Source of the DNA: Leucoraja ocellata
Taxonomy: Eukaryota
Length of the DNA: 64,000 nucleotides
Reading direction: 5' to 3'
Assembly: GCA_036785375.1 (NCBI GenBank)
Contig: JAWMAR010000158.1
Coordinates: 1,488,001-1,552,000 of the forward strand
The stretch's first letter is position 1; every line of letters begins with the position of its first letter. The position numbers and the translations under genes were made by a program. The notes beneath the pieces are model-generated. The model did not search any database and was not told where the DNA came from. It was given only the letters and a program-made list of their open reading frames with translations. This document shows, in pieces, positions 12,509 through 25,729 of this stretch.

Positions 12509-13239
12509 TCTGCAGGAAATTGATCCTTGCTTCCGCAATTCACTTTGACAAAGCACAGTCTATCTAACAAGCTGCCGATGCACCAAGCAATGAGCATACC
12601 CATCTTTGAAGTCCTTATCTGTCCTTCTGCAGCAGCATGTGGGACTTTGACCTCTGGTGAATTGAGATCTATGTGTTATCCTTCCCCCCTGTCGTGGAAA
12701 GAATGGGACAAAGGAGCAGATAAATGTTAGTGCCTGATATACGGAGAGTATTGGTATGTGAGGGATAGTCTTGTGATCTATTCTATCTCTGTACCTGAGG
12801 CTAGTTGGAATATGATGGCTGGAAATGCATTCACTGACCTTGGCTATACCTGTGAGATTGACATATCTGCACCACTGCAATCAGAGCCTTGGGGCTACAA
12901 TCATAGAATCGAAATGACAGGAAACAATTCAGCCCATCGTCTGTGCTGTTTGTGTGGAACCGTTTTCCTGAGATTGTGTTAGAGATCTTCTGAGCTCTTG
13001 AAGAAACAAGGCTTAATTATTCTCCACAACCTTCAGTTACAGCCAGAAAATCAAGGGCCAGCTTGCATTTATTGATTGGATTCCAGATCAACTTTGGTCG
13101 CAAAATGCCTGCCAGAAACCACTGTGTAGCTTCAGTTTCAGAGGTGTTGGGTTTTAAGAAGTATAGGCTTTTTCAACTAGCACAGACACTAACAACATTC
13201 AGCTCTTCATGTTCATTGGTGATAGTAGCAGAATTAGTC

Positions 13240-13432
13240 AATTAGGCTCATCGTCTACTCCGCCATTCAATCATGGCTGAACTCTCTCTCCCCCTAACGC
13301 CATTCTTCTGCCTTTTCCCCATAACCCCTGACACCCGTACTAATCAAGAATCTAACTCTCTTAAAAATGTCCATCGACTTGGCCTCCCCAGCCTTCTATG
13401 GCAATGAATTCTGCAGATTCACCACCCTCTTA
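13240..13432 (-). mobile_element. CR1 3'UTR fragment
   Basis: 'gtctactccgccattcaatcatggctga...aatgaattctgcagattcaccaccctct' is the reverse complement of a CR1 3' end. Confidence 0.7.
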
Positions 13433-14159
13433 GTAAGGTCAATGGTAACACTGTCGCCACTCTGGCTTCATTATAATCAGTGAAAGCAAGATCTTGGGTG
13501 AAAAGCAAAAGCTGAAAACCTGAAATACGAACAGAAAATGTGGAAAACTCAGCAGGTCAGAGAGCAATTATGGGGCGAGAAATATAGTTGACATAGCAGG
13601 TTGATGACTTTTCATCAAAACCCTGATGTGACTGAAATGAAACATTAGCTATTTTTCTCTCCACGATGCTTGCTGACTAACCGAGTGTTTCCTTTATTTT
13701 CTGCTTTACCTTGAAAGAACACACATCATGATTCTAATTTTCAAGAGTTTCAAATTTAATTCCAATAAATGTTGTTGTTATTCTTTAGTACTGTGTTCTG
13801 ATACCGTTTGTGGTTTATGCATTATTACCCCTGAATGAAAAGGAGTGGATTCTTCTTTTAGACATCTAATCATGGTGTAGTATGGATAATATTTGTGATT
13901 TTAATAGTTTGTGCTAGTAACAGGCTCAGGCGTGAATAATGATGAGTGAATTACATGGGGAAAAATGTATTCTCATCAGCAAATATTTTACTTAAAAATT
14001 GTCAACAAAATGTAGAAATACTATAGTAAAAATATAAGGAATAAAAATATTTTTCAAATTTGATAGACTTTCAGAACAGAATGGTTGTAGCAATTATCAA
14101 TTTGCATATATTTTAATCATGCAACATTATATTAAATCTTTGAACTCCTTTGCAGAAGA

Positions 14160-15180
14160 ATAAGATGCATGGGATCCATGGTGGCTTGGTTGTTTGATTC
14201 AGAACTGGCTTAACCATAGAAGACAGGTGGAAGGGTGTTTATCTGGCTGGGGGTCCATGACCAATGGAGTTCTGTGCGGGACCTCTGTTGTTTGTGATGT
14301 ATATAAATGACTTAGATATAAATCTGGATAGATTGATTAGCAAGTTTGCAGACAACATCAAAATTGGTGGGGTTGCAGACAGTGAAGGAAGGCGGTCAAA
14401 GTACAGAACGGGATATAGATATATATATAGATATATATATTGATTGAAATGGGTGAAGAAATGGCAGATGGTGTTGATTCAAAGCAAGTGTGAGGTGGTG
14501 CACTTTGGGGATTGAATATAAGGGGAAAGTATCTAGTTGATGGCAAGACCCTTAACGGCATTGATTTATTCAGGGATCTTGAGATTTATTCAGCCCACAG
14601 CTCCCTGAAAGAGGTAATGCTAATAGATTGCTAATAAAGACATATGGTATGGGTACCTCATCGGTAGGCGCATTGACTATGAGTCAGGAAGTCATGTGGC
14701 AGCTTTATAGAACTTTGGTCAGGCTGAATTTGGAGTCTTGTGTGCAGTTCTGATTGCCCTATTACAGGAAGGATTTGGATGCTTTGGAGAAGGTGCAAAA
14801 GAGGTTTACCAAACCGCTGCCTTGATTAGACAATATTAGCTATAAGGAGTGGTTGAACAGATTTAGATTGTTTACTCTGGAATGTCAGAAGTTGCTTGTC
14901 AGGGGAGATCTGATGGAAGTATAAAATATCATGAGAGGCATAAGAGGGACAACAGAACCCTTTTTTCCATGTCAAAGACAAGGGGGCATAGTTTCAAGAT
15001 GAGAGCATCAAAGTATAGCTGGGGGTGATGTTTGTGGGAGATACAACAGTGACATTTTAAAGGGATTTTTAGATTGGCACATGGATATGTAAGGAATGGA
15101 GAGATTTGGAACACGTACGGGCAGAGGAGATTAGTTTAACTTGCCATCATGTTTGGCAGGGATATCGTGGTCCTATGTTC
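14160..15180 (+). mobile_element. Degraded CR1 RT to 3' end
   Basis: 'catgggatccatggt...cagaactggctt', 'tatataaatgacttagat...agcaagtttgcagacaac' (YINDL, SKFADN) and 'gtgcagttctgattgccctattacaggaagga'. Many disablements. Confidence 0.75.
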
Positions 15181-15439
15181 TTTAAGTCAAATAATGTAGT
15201 TATGTTCATAAAATAAATTTGATGTCTTAATCCATAATTAACTGTTGATAAGTTAAACATTTCATATTTGCATAAAAATAGGCGAATGGATATATGTAAC
15301 TTTAATTAGTTATCTTAAAAGATCATAAAAGATCATAAACTGCAGGAAAAATTGGACAGTTTATTTTCATAAGGATCTTCTCCATTTGTTACGCCATATA
15401 CTGTGACACAATGATAGCTCCAGTGATGTATGTTCAATC

Positions 15440-15730
15440 ATGATCTCCTGTGCTGTTGGCTGTTGTGCGGACTTTGCACGTTTTGCCCATTGCGGTGTGG
15501 GCTTCCTCCATGATCTTTGGTTTCCTCCCATGGCGCAAAGACATGAAGGTTGGTACATTGCCTCTGTATATTGCCCCCAGTGTAGTTTCGCCCAGTGTTG
15601 TGGTATATTGCTCCCAGTATAGTTGAGTTGTTGAATCTAGGGAAGTTGTTGGGAAAGAAGAGAGAACAAAAATGGGATTAATGTAAGGTAGTACTTCATC
15701 CTCAGCCTGTTTCCATGTTGTATTACTCTA
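15440..15730 (+). mobile_element. Degraded V-SINE (HE1-like)
   Basis: V-domain-like 'ctgttgtgcggactttgcacgttttgcccattgcggtgtgggcttcctcc...ggtttcctccca' and tail 'gcctgtttccatgttgtattactctatgact'. Confidence 0.55.
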
Positions 15731-15851
15731 TGACTGTATACATATATAATGATATATTATCCTGAAAAAGAATGTCAAGACACCTAAATCTGACTTTAAG
15801 TATTTAGACGGTAAACACAAAATGCTGGAGTAACTCAGTGGGTGAGGCAGC

Positions 15852-17418
15852 ATAGAAACATAGAAAATAGGTGCAGGAGGAGGACATTTGGCCCTTCGAG
15901 CCAGCACCGCCATTCATTGTGATCATGGCTGATCGTCCCCTATCAATAACCCGTTCCTGCCTTCTCCCCATATCCCTTGATTCCACTAGCCCCTAGAGCT
16001 CTATCTAACTCTCTCTTAAATCAATCCATGGCGGGACTGCCTCCACTGCCCTCTGTGGCGGGGAATTCCACAACATTCACAACTCTGGGTGGAAACGTTT
16101 TTTCTCACCTCAGTCTTAAATGTCCCCCTCTTTATTCTAAGACTGTGGCCCCTGGTTCTGGACTCGCCCAAAATTGGGAACATTTTTCCTCCATCTAGCT
16201 TGTCCAGTCCTTTTATAATTTTAGATGTTTCTATATGATCACCCCTCATCCTTCTACTCCAATGAATACAAGCCTAGTCCTTTCAATCTTACCTCATATA
16301 ACAGTCCCGCCATCCCAGTGATCAATCTCGTGAACCTATGTTGCACTGCCTCAATCACAAGGATGTCCTTCCTCAAATGAGGAGACCAAAACTGTACACA
16401 ATACTCCAGATGTGGTCTTACCAGAGCCCTATACAACTGCAGAATAACCTCTTTATTTCTATACTGAAATCCTCTTGTTATGAAGGCCAACATTCCATTA
16501 GCTTTCTTCACTGCCTGCTGTACCTGCACGCCAACTTTCAGTGACTGGTGTACAAGGACACCCAGATCTCTCTGTACCTCACCCTTACCAAACCCAACCC
16601 CATTGAGATAATAATCTGCCCCCTTGTTTTTGCCGCCAAAGTGGATAACCTCACATTTATCTATATTATCCTGCATCTGCCACGCATCTGCCCACTTACT
16701 CAACCTGTCCAGGTCACCCTGCAACCTCCTAACATCGTCTTCACAGTTCACACTGCCACGCAGCTTTGTGCCATCTGCAAACTTGCTAGTGTTGCTCCTA
16801 ATTCCCTCTTCCAAATCATTAATATATATGGTAAACAGTTGCGGCCCCAACACCGAGCCTTGCGGCACTCCACTCACCACTGCCTGCCATTCTGAAAAGG
16901 ACCCTTTCACTCCTACTCTTTGCTTTCTGTCTGCCAACCAAGTTTCTATCCACTTCAACACCCTACCCTCAATACCATGTGCTCTAATTTTAGTCACCAG
17001 TCTCCCGTGCGGGACCTTATCAAAGGCTTCCTGAAACTCTGGATACATTACATTCACTGGCTCCCCTTCATCCATTTTACTTGTTACATCCTCAAAAAAT
17101 TCGAGAAGATTAGTCAAGCATGATTTTCCTTTCATAAATCCATGTTGACTTGAACTCATCCTTTTACTGCTATCCAAATGCCCCATTATTACCTCTTTAA
17201 TAATCGACTCCAGCATCTTTCCCACCACCGAAGTCCGGCTAACTTGTCTGTAATTCCTCGTTTTCTCTCTCGCTCCTTTCTTGAAAAGTGGGATAACATT
17301 ATCTATCCTCCAATCCACAGGAACTGATCCTGCAACTATTGAACATTGGAAAATGATCACCAATGCGTCCACTATTTCTAGAGCCACCTCCCTGAGGATC
17401 CTGGGATGCAGACCATCT
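15852..17418 (-). mobile_element. CR1/HER1 LINE, 5'-truncated, with an open RT domain (ORF 16254..17432)
   Basis: The 392-aa ORF has [55 protein letters not shown] (catalytic DD changed to DG) and [13 protein letters not shown]. 3'UTR and tail at 15852-15960. Confidence 0.95.
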
Positions 17419-17920
17419 CTGGGTCGAAGCAAAGGGTAATGGTTTGGTTCTTCTTCAGAGACCCTTCTTCAGATTGATGTAAGGGGAGGGGGCAAGAAAA
17501 AGATAGAATGTAGTCGGAGACAGTAAGACTAGTGGGAGAACTGGGAAGGGGAAGGGGATGTAGAGAGAAAGTAAGGGCTATCTGAAGTTAGAGAAGTCAA
17601 TGTTCATACCGTTAGGGTGTAAACTATCCAAGTGAAATATGAGGTCCACCAATTTGTGCTGGGCCTCACTCTGGCAATGGAGGAGGCCCAGGACAGAAAG
17701 GTGAGATTGGGACTGGGAGGTTGGTGCTGAAAACCGGGAGATCAGGTAGGTTAACACGGACTGAGCGGAGGTGTTCAGTGAAACAATCGCCGAACCTGTG
17801 CTTGGTCTTGGCGATGTAGAGAAGTTGACACCTGGAACAGCGGATACAATAGATGAGGTTGGAGGAGGTGTAAGTGAACCTCTGCCTCTCCTGTAAAGAC
17901 TGTTTGGGTCCTTGGATAAG
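17414..17920 (-). mobile_element. Penelope-like element 3' part: GIY-YIG endonuclease relic plus terminal repeat (terminal repeat continues at 15806-15853)
   Basis: Reverse complement of 17760-17870 gives TSSNLIYCIRCSRCQLLYIAKTKHRFGDCFTEHLRSV (GIY...YIG motif with CxxC). C-terminus LSVLGLLHCQSEA...LIFHLDSLHPNGMNIDFSNFR. Confidence 0.88.
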
Positions 17921-18607
17921 TATTTAGTATTCGATATTAAGTATTTAGATATGTGGAGGAAAGTTCCACTCATCATCCACTATGATTAATTGAAACAATC
18001 TGTGGGCAGCAGGATTTTCTCTTCTAATTAAACATAGGTTACTAATGAGTTGAGATCAAGGAAAGAGCATTCATGTCGCTGCCCTGTTTCCACCAATCTT
18101 TCCACCACCACGCACAAGAAGCACAAGAAGCGACGGATAGACACCATTGTATCCAGATGTCGAGAAGTGTGTTCAGCTCTGGCTGAACAACTTCTAATCT
18201 TGTTTGTGGACTTGATAAGAAGAAGAATGAGGAGCTGCCACTTATTAATCTGATATAGCAATCATATTCACGCAAATTATGGCATTACCACAAGAAACAC
18301 TGTAAGAAAACCATACATAAGATACATCATTTTCAATGGAAAAGGATCCATTTTGGTGAAGCAATAATGAAATGAATCTTATAATATTCATGATAAAACG
18401 AAAAACTATGCCCACTAAATTAGGCATCAAAATAAAATTTGCTGGTAGAACTGCCAAGTCAAGCAGCATCCGTGGAGGCAAAGGGATGATCAACATTTTG
18501 GGTTGAGACGCTGCATCCAGTTTGAGACTGTAGAATGAAGATAGCCTGTACATTGAAGTGAGAGGGAGGAGTGAGAAATGGGCTGGTAGCTGATACATGG
18601 AACTGTA

Positions 18608-18725
18608 AATAGACACAAAATGCTGAAGTAACTCAGCGGGGCAGGCAGTACCTCTGGAGAGAAGGAATGGGGGATGTTTCGTGTTGAGACCCTTCTTCTG
18701 AAGAATCTGCAGTTCCTTCCTACAC
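18608..18725 (-). mobile_element. Penelope terminal-repeat fragment
   Basis: 'atagacacaaaatgctgaagtaactcagcggggcaggcag...gagacccttcttc', the same family as 35193-35285. Confidence 0.75.
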
Positions 18726-19249
18726 ATAGATGAAACTCTGACATTTGTTTTCCAGACACACTTTATTACTCGTGCACAAGGAGAGCAGTACGGTTCCTAT
18801 TTGCTGTACTACTCTGAAATTCCATACGCAACTGTCAGCTTTTTATACAGATTTTGACCCTTGCATCCTTTCTAATACAAATGCAATAACACAAATACAA
18901 GTAAAACTACATGCTAATTCGATCCTGTATTTAAATTTAGTAAGGGTGACTATCACAAACTTTGTCAGGTGCGTCAAGGAAAATATCTATCAGGAACATT
19001 GTGGTGTGTGTCAAGGAATGCCTAAAGGGTGTTGTGTTGCACAGCTATCTTAACCTTTGTCATACTGCAGTTTCAACAGAACCATGAATGGGGAGGATGA
19101 TGAGCTGATGGAACCAAGTGGGGGAGGGTAACGAAAAGGTGGACCAATGTGAAGAAACACAGGCATATAGGCATGTAGGTGTAGAGAAGGTGCTGAAGGG
19201 TGGTACGTTCAGTAATAACAGGTGGGGGTGGGGGAGGGATGTAAAAGAA

Positions 19250-19940
19250 CGTTACAAGAGCTTCAAATTCCTGGGCGTGCATATTTCCGAAGATCTCTCC
19301 TGCTCCCAGAACCATGATGCAATCATAAAGAAAGCACATCAGCGCCTCTACTTCCTGAGAAGATTATGGAGAGTTGGTATGTCAAGGAGGACTACATCTT
19401 GAGCTTCTACAGGTGCACAGTAGAGAGCATGCTGGGACCGGTTGCATCGTGGCTTGGTTCGGCAACCTGAGCGTCCAGGAGCCGAAAAGACTACAAAAAG
19501 TAGTAAACACTGCCCAGTCCATCATCGGCTCTGACCTCCCTACCATCGAGAGGATCTATCGCAGGCGTGCCTCAAAAAGGCTGCCAGCATCATCAAGGTC
19601 CCACACCATCCTGGCCACTCACTCATCTCTCCGCTGCCATCAGGTAGAAGGTATAGAAGCCTAAAATCTGCAACATCCAGGTTCAGGAACAGCTTCTTCC
19701 CCACAGCCATCAGGCTATTAAACACAACTTCAAACAAACTATGAACTATAACAGCCTATTGCACTTTATCTGTGTATTTATGAGTGTATATATATATATT
19801 CTATTGTATATGGTCACACTGATCTGCTCTGATCTGCATTTATGCCTAAAATATTCTGTCGTGCTGCAGCAAGCAAGAATTTCATTGTCCTATCTGGGAC
19901 ACATGACAATAAACTCTCTTGACTTGACTTGACTTGACTT
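19250..19940 (+). mobile_element. Rex1/Babar-type LINE 3' part with (GACTT)n tail
   Basis: SFKFLGVHISEDLSCSQNHDAIIKKAHQRLYFLRRL and GCIVAWFGN...RLQKVVNTAQSIIGSDLPTIE. 3' end 'acatgacaataaactctcttgacttgacttgacttgacttga'. Confidence 0.9.
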
Positions 19941-19989
19941 GAAAAGATGAACAAATAGAGAGGCGTCCTGAGTGGACCTGCGAGAATAG

Positions 19990-20140
19990 GAAAGGAACAG
20001 AGGGGGAGTGGATTACTGGAGTGTATGCAACCAAAGTGAAGTGAGAGGTGCTGTTCTTCCCATTTGTGCTTGGTCTCACTGTGGCCAAGGACAGACAGCT
20101 CAGTGTGGGAGTGGAAAGGAAAATTGAAATGACACACAAT
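19990..20140 (-). mobile_element. Penelope GIY-YIG C-terminal fragment
   Basis: ORF 19814..20137 begins CHFNFPFHSHTELSVLG...KWEEQHLSLHFG. Confidence 0.65.
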
Positions 20141-22848
20141 CAGATGTGATTGGGAGTCAACACATTTGTAACTGAACAGTTAATACTAAAACACATTATG
20201 TAAAAATATGTCATAAGCATTTTAAACATGTGTCCATTAGAACAAACAATGATATTACCCTTACAAAAGTCATATGTACTGAAGAAAACCAATGCAACCT
20301 CATAAATGATAATGTGTAGCAGGAAAAATCTGATTTTTGTTTAACACCTATTTTCCCACCACAAAAGCACGTTAGCAGGCTTCTTACTGTAATTTCCTTC
20401 TTATTCCAAGATGACTTTCTTATTCCAATTCCCACAATTACTTGAGCTGACTTTACTGATTCCTGAGGAATTATATTTTGTCATTCTATTATTTTGTTAT
20501 TTATCAGAACAGATCTATGTATCATTTTACACACACTGTGTATCATGAATAACAAGGCTTTATGTAGAATATCATAAAAAGCTCGTTCAAAGGTCTTGGT
20601 CACAGCTTATTCACAAATTTGTAACTGTTTTTTTTTGCTGTTATATCCCCTGAAGCAATTCTTATTTTCTTTATGGTGTAAGGTAAACAGAGGTTTTATT
20701 TCCATTATACCACCATAAATGTTGTATCCACAATCACATTCCTGAAAGATCAATATAACTGGCCATTAACATCATCTCAAAGGATAATCACCGATCAACT
20801 TCCCACAGAGATGGGTGGTGTTAAAGTAAAAGAAGGCACAGAAGGCCAACAGTTGTAGAAGTGCAATCAATTCCCCTGAGTGTGTGATTGAACTATGGAA
20901 GGACTCCTTTTATTTGAAGACATGATCCATTAAACAAATTCTTCTGAAGGGAGCACCTTAACTTAACCTCACAGGAATTATTCCTTCACATTTATCATTA
21001 TAGTTCCTGATCTTGCAGGAAATAGATCTTCATTCTAGATCTAAGGTTTCAACCACATGAAATAAGAACAAGTGTACACTGCACAAAGTTTCACAATATT
21101 ACAGGATATAGTTATTGTCGCAGAGATTCTCTAGTTTATAAATTTTGTATTCCAATTATAATTCATGCCATCCTTTGCACTTCACCTTTCAGACCGCCAG
21201 TAAGGTAGATAAAACACACTTTAATAAAATCCTAGGTTCCTTTTCATGAACCAATGAAGATTTATCGTGAAAATCATATTAGATTTTTGGGGAGTTGGGG
21301 GATATATTGTGACATCTCATCCTTTTTAACATAATAATTACAACAATATGATCTGATCTTTATTGAGAAAAAGAATGCCTGCTATCTTTGCTCTGCAATC
21401 TATAGTTTAGTTTAGTTTAGTTTAGTTTGGTTTAATAAAATAATAGAGAATAATGGTGATTCTCAGCAGCAACTATGCGAGAAAGAGTAAACATTGCAGA
21501 TTGATCTGATGAAGAGGTCTTTAATATAAATCATTAACTCACATTTCCTCTCTCTATATAGATGCTGCATGGACACTTGGGTACATCCAGTAATTTCTAT
21601 TTTTATTTCAGATGTCTAGAATTTGCTGTTTTTTTTGTTTGCTTTTACTTTACTGTTCTACCACCTGCCATTTTTCTTTAACATAATAGATTTCAATTTT
21701 CCTTTTTGACACAACAGCTCAGTCCCATTTAAGGCAGCTGGTTATGAATGATTAGTGATTTCTGTTATCTGCCTTATATAGCTCAGTTTTACACTAGAGT
21801 TCCACCTTCATTAATGCAATGTAGCTTGCAAACTAGATGGTACCATTTTGTAAATAAATGAATCATTTGTCATTACATTAATATTCACATACTCATATTG
21901 AACAGTCCTCTCATAAGTTAGGGTGTAGTCCTGATCTTCCAATCTACTTCATAGACATTTGGACATTGGACATTTTCACAGGATCTGTACCACTAAAGTG
22001 TTGTAAACAATATTCTGGCACTCTGGAATTTTCTCTTTACACTACCTGTTGTACTTGTGCATGGCTTCTTTGACCTCAAGTGCAATATGATGTGATTTAA
22101 TTGGAGGGCAGGCAAACAAAAGCTGTTTACAGTACCTTGGTACATGTGACGATAGTAAACCAATACATATGGTCATTTATTCGATGCAAACATATCATTA
22201 TATTGTAAATTGTTAGCTTCCAATACAATACGAAGGTATATTTATTTTCCAAAACCCATGGAAGTAAGGAATGATGTGATATATTTATGGTGTGACAAGT
22301 CTAGCATTAGGTTTCAATGGTAAAATAGGTTATCTTCTCCATATAACAAAATGCATAATTTTTACCCTGGCTCATTGAGCCTTAATTCCACACCTGGCGG
22401 AAAGCTGCAGTGATGGTGGAAAATTGCAACCAGTCCAAAGTTGATTGGACACTCCCCCTAATAATTGGTTAAATTGGTGGTTTGTCAGCAGGCAATCATC
22501 TTCAGTTAGTAATATCAGCATGAAGCAGAACAGAAACTATTACCTCTCTGTCTCAAAACACACGCTGTAGTGAGCACAAAAGGCATGCAAAGATATACTA
22601 TTTTTAAAAGTGTACATTAGTTTTCCAGCAATCAATATGGAAATACTGTTCTTAGATTCATGTATTTTAGAAACTATGTACTTATAAATCCATGACTTCA
22701 GTCAAAAAGATATGAGTGTTAATGTTCAAATTATAGGGTACTCTGTCGACCTCAACTATATTATTGACAGTATGAATTTTCCAGTAAGTACTCAAAGAAT
22801 ATAAATTGAATGAAATAGAATGCAGGTTATGTTACCTGTCAGCAATAT

Positions 22849-23170
22849 TAGTTTAGTTTAGTTTAGTTTAGTTTAGTTTAGTTTAGTGATACAGCGCGGC
22901 AGCGGGTCCTTCGGCCCACCAAGTCCGCGCCGACCAGCGATCCCCGCATATTAACGATATCCTACACACAATAGGGATAATTTACAATGATACCAAGCCA
23001 AATAACTGACAAACCTTTACATTGTGACAGGAAACCGGAGCTCCCAGAGAAAACCCCACGCTGGTCACGGGGAGATCGTACAAACTCTGTACGGACAGCA
23101 TCCATGATCAGGATCGAAGCTGGGTCTCTGGCACTGTAAGGCAACAACTCTACCACTGTGCCACCATGCC
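22849..23170 (-). mobile_element. tRNA-derived V-SINE (HE1-like), full length
   Basis: Reverse complement has head GGCATGGTGGCACAGTGGTAGAGTTG (A box) and CTTCGATCCTGA (B box-like), a V-domain, the CR1-like tail 'gggccgaaggaccc...gctgtatc' and (CTAAA)n. Confidence 0.9.
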
Positions 23171-23776
23171 AAACAGTTATTGTTCCTTTTGTTTTTAAAT
23201 GGACTTAAGGATTGCCCCTTGTTCTGGCAGTGGCTATGTCCTGCCTCCACAGTTCCAATATGCCAGCAGACCTCATAACTTCCTACCTACCAGTAAAAAA
23301 GCAAATACGGCTGGGCCCTATGGCATAATTTTTCAATAGAAACCACTGGGAATTATGCATCACTAGGCAGAAGGCAGCAAGAATGCTTTATGATAAAGAT
23401 TGTGAATCCCTCATGGAATTCATTTTTTAATTAATAGGAGAAAGAGTAAATATTTCCTTTATCAATTATGCCTTTCTTCCTACATAATTTTATTATCTAC
23501 ACTACACTCAGACCTCTTTAATATGACATTAGAGAAAGATAAACCTTTGTATATCTATAACATTTTGATAAGAATTTATTTAAGCACTACCATAATTTGC
23601 TATGCAACACTTTTATGAGAATGTTGTATTTACATGGATATGTCACAATTTACACTATATATAAACGTCAAAATGTAATTAACATGGTTTCCTCATTAAA
23701 AAGATGTTTATGAAAATTATTCTCCTAAAAAAATATTTTTCCTTTTTTTGCAGCAACTGAAATGTTAAGTGATGCA

Positions 23777-23898
23777 TTTAATAGCACAAAGCAACATAAA
23801 AGAATATAATTGATAATAAATGTATCCATTGAATTGTTTAATAGTACAAAGCAAAATAAAAGAATATAATTGATAATAAATTCATCCATTGTATTGTT
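23777..23898. repeat. 60-bp tandem duplication
   Basis: 'tttaatag(c/t)acaaagcaa(c/a)ataaaagaatataattgataataaat..atccattg.attgtt' occurs twice with a 60-bp period. Confidence 0.9.
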
Positions 23899-24299
23899 GT
23901 GACCTTTTAAGCCAAAGGTAGTTTCTATATCTGGGCCATCTATAACATAATCATTTTTTCTGCTTGTAATCACATCTGTTCTCAGTATGCCCAACACAAT
24001 TTTGCAGTTGATTTTCAAAACTATTTAAAGTAAGAAACTTTTTGCAAGCTTTTTTCCATTTACATTTGCCTGAAATCTCTTTAAAAATGGAATAGAAGTT
24101 TATCTGTGCGTTGAGATATATATGGGAGGAGGTAGGGGACAATTTTCAAGTGATCAGTTTGACCAAGTCAGATTAACCAGTACAAACATATTTGAAACCT
24201 AGCCATTTCATGCTCTGGCCAGAATTGAATATTCCACTTAATCTGCCTTTATGATGGACATCTCCCTAATTCAGGGAAATCCAATTGATTCTCTGTGGA

Positions 24300-24428
24300 G
24301 AAAAGAACTGCAGATTCTGGTTTAAATCGAAGGTAGACACAAAATGCTGGAGTAACTCAGCGGGACAGGCAGCAGCACTGGAGAGAAGGAAAGGGCGACG
24401 TTTCGGGTCGAGACCCATCTTCTTCATC
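24300..24428 (-). mobile_element. Penelope terminal-repeat insert
   Basis: 'gaactgcagattctggtttaaatcgaaggtagacacaaaatgctggagtaactcagcgggacaggcagc...gacgtttcgggtcgagaccc'. Confidence 0.8.
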
Positions 24429-24594
24429 TCTGTGGAGATGAGCTAGCAAGGAATGTCCTGAATGAAAAGGATCAATGTGATTTGAAACAGGGGTGGTGTG
24501 ATGGGGATGAAGATATTGTTACCTACTTTGACCGGCAGCAACTAGAATGTTTTGAATGTTGTTCACTGCCTCATGAAAGTCACGATACTCACAT

Positions 24595-24845
24595 TGATAC
24601 TCAGGTCTCGTACCAGTAGGATGAGGAACAGCTTCTACAATAATACCATCACACTGCTGAACTCGGAGTCCCGCCGATAGACTTCTCCAGTCTCTCCGTC
24701 CACATTGTTTGATTATTGTTTGATTATTCTGTATTTTTATTTTTATTTCTATATTGCACTATACTATGGACTGACGCTAAAATGCATTTCGTTGTACCCA
24801 TACTCGTATTTGTGCAATAACATTTAATGTTGAATTGAATTGAAC
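24595..24845 (+). mobile_element. Rex1-type LINE 3' end
   Basis: 'cgtaccagtaggatgaggaacagcttctac...accatcacactgctgaac' (RTSRMRNSFY...TITLLN) and a (TTGAA)n tail. Confidence 0.65.
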
Positions 24846-25049
24846 ATTATTGAAACAGTTCCCCACAGTTCATTGCAATGGCATACGTTGTAAAAATTGG
24901 ACACCTTTGATGCAAATGGTTAACATGATCCTTTCTAATGTTCAAATCCAACTGTTTTTCTGCATAAAAACTAGCTCCTGAATGCCTCTTAATTTATTTA
25001 TTGATTTTTTAAATGTATATATTTGTAATTCTAAAAAGAATGACAGTGT

Positions 25050-25475
25050 TCATAAGTTTTAGGAGCAGAATTAGGCCATTCGACCATCAAGTCTATTCTG
25101 ACATTCAATCATGGCTGATCTACCTTTCCCCCTTAACCCCATTCTCCTGTATTCGCCCCATAACCTCTGACACCCTTACTAATCAAGAATCAAACAATCT
25201 CCACCCTAAAAATATTAATTGACGGCCTCCACAGCTGTCGGTGGCAATGAATTCCACAGATTCACCACCCTCTGACAAAAGAAAATCCTTCTCACCTCTT
25301 TTCCAAAGGTATGTTATTTTATCCTAAGGTTATGGCCTCTGTTCCTGGATTCTACTTTTAGTGGAAACATCCACTCCACATTCACTCTATCCAGGCCTTT
25401 CGCTGTTCCCCCTCATCAATGAGGTTCCCCCTCATCCTTCTAAACTTCAGGCCCAGTGTCTTCAAACAATTGATA
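25050..25475 (-). mobile_element. CR1 3' fragment
   Basis: 'aggagcagaattaggccattcgaccatcaagtctattctgacattcaatcatggctgatc...gaattccacagattcaccaccctctg'. Confidence 0.8.
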
Positions 25476-25729
25476 CGTCATTCCCAGGAATGAGGCAGGG
25501 TTTTTTTCTCATTGGTGGAGCAGGACAGCACAAAATAAGAAAGTTGTTTTGGTTTCAGAATATCAGTGCAGGAGATTTCTAGTGCTGTATCAAGCCTAAT
25601 CAACGACTTATAATTGACTACACCTCAATCAAATTGTCAGACATGCGGATATTCATTTATTTATTGTACACCATCCAGTTACATTGGCATTGTCAGATAG
25701 TCGGCTGGAGGGCTATGTATTCAGAGGAG

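Noticed and set aside
16254-17432. 392-aa RT ORF as a functional or domesticated gene
   Set aside because: It is a 5'-truncated CR1 with catalytic FADD changed to FADG, a start codon borrowed from flanking PLE sequence and a frameshifted C-terminus.
22849-22887. Short periodic repeats ((GTTTA)n, (GAATCT)n, (GACTT)n) as CRISPR or telomeric arrays
   Set aside because: They have no spacers, are not TTAGGG, and are the microsatellite tails of SINEs and LINEs.
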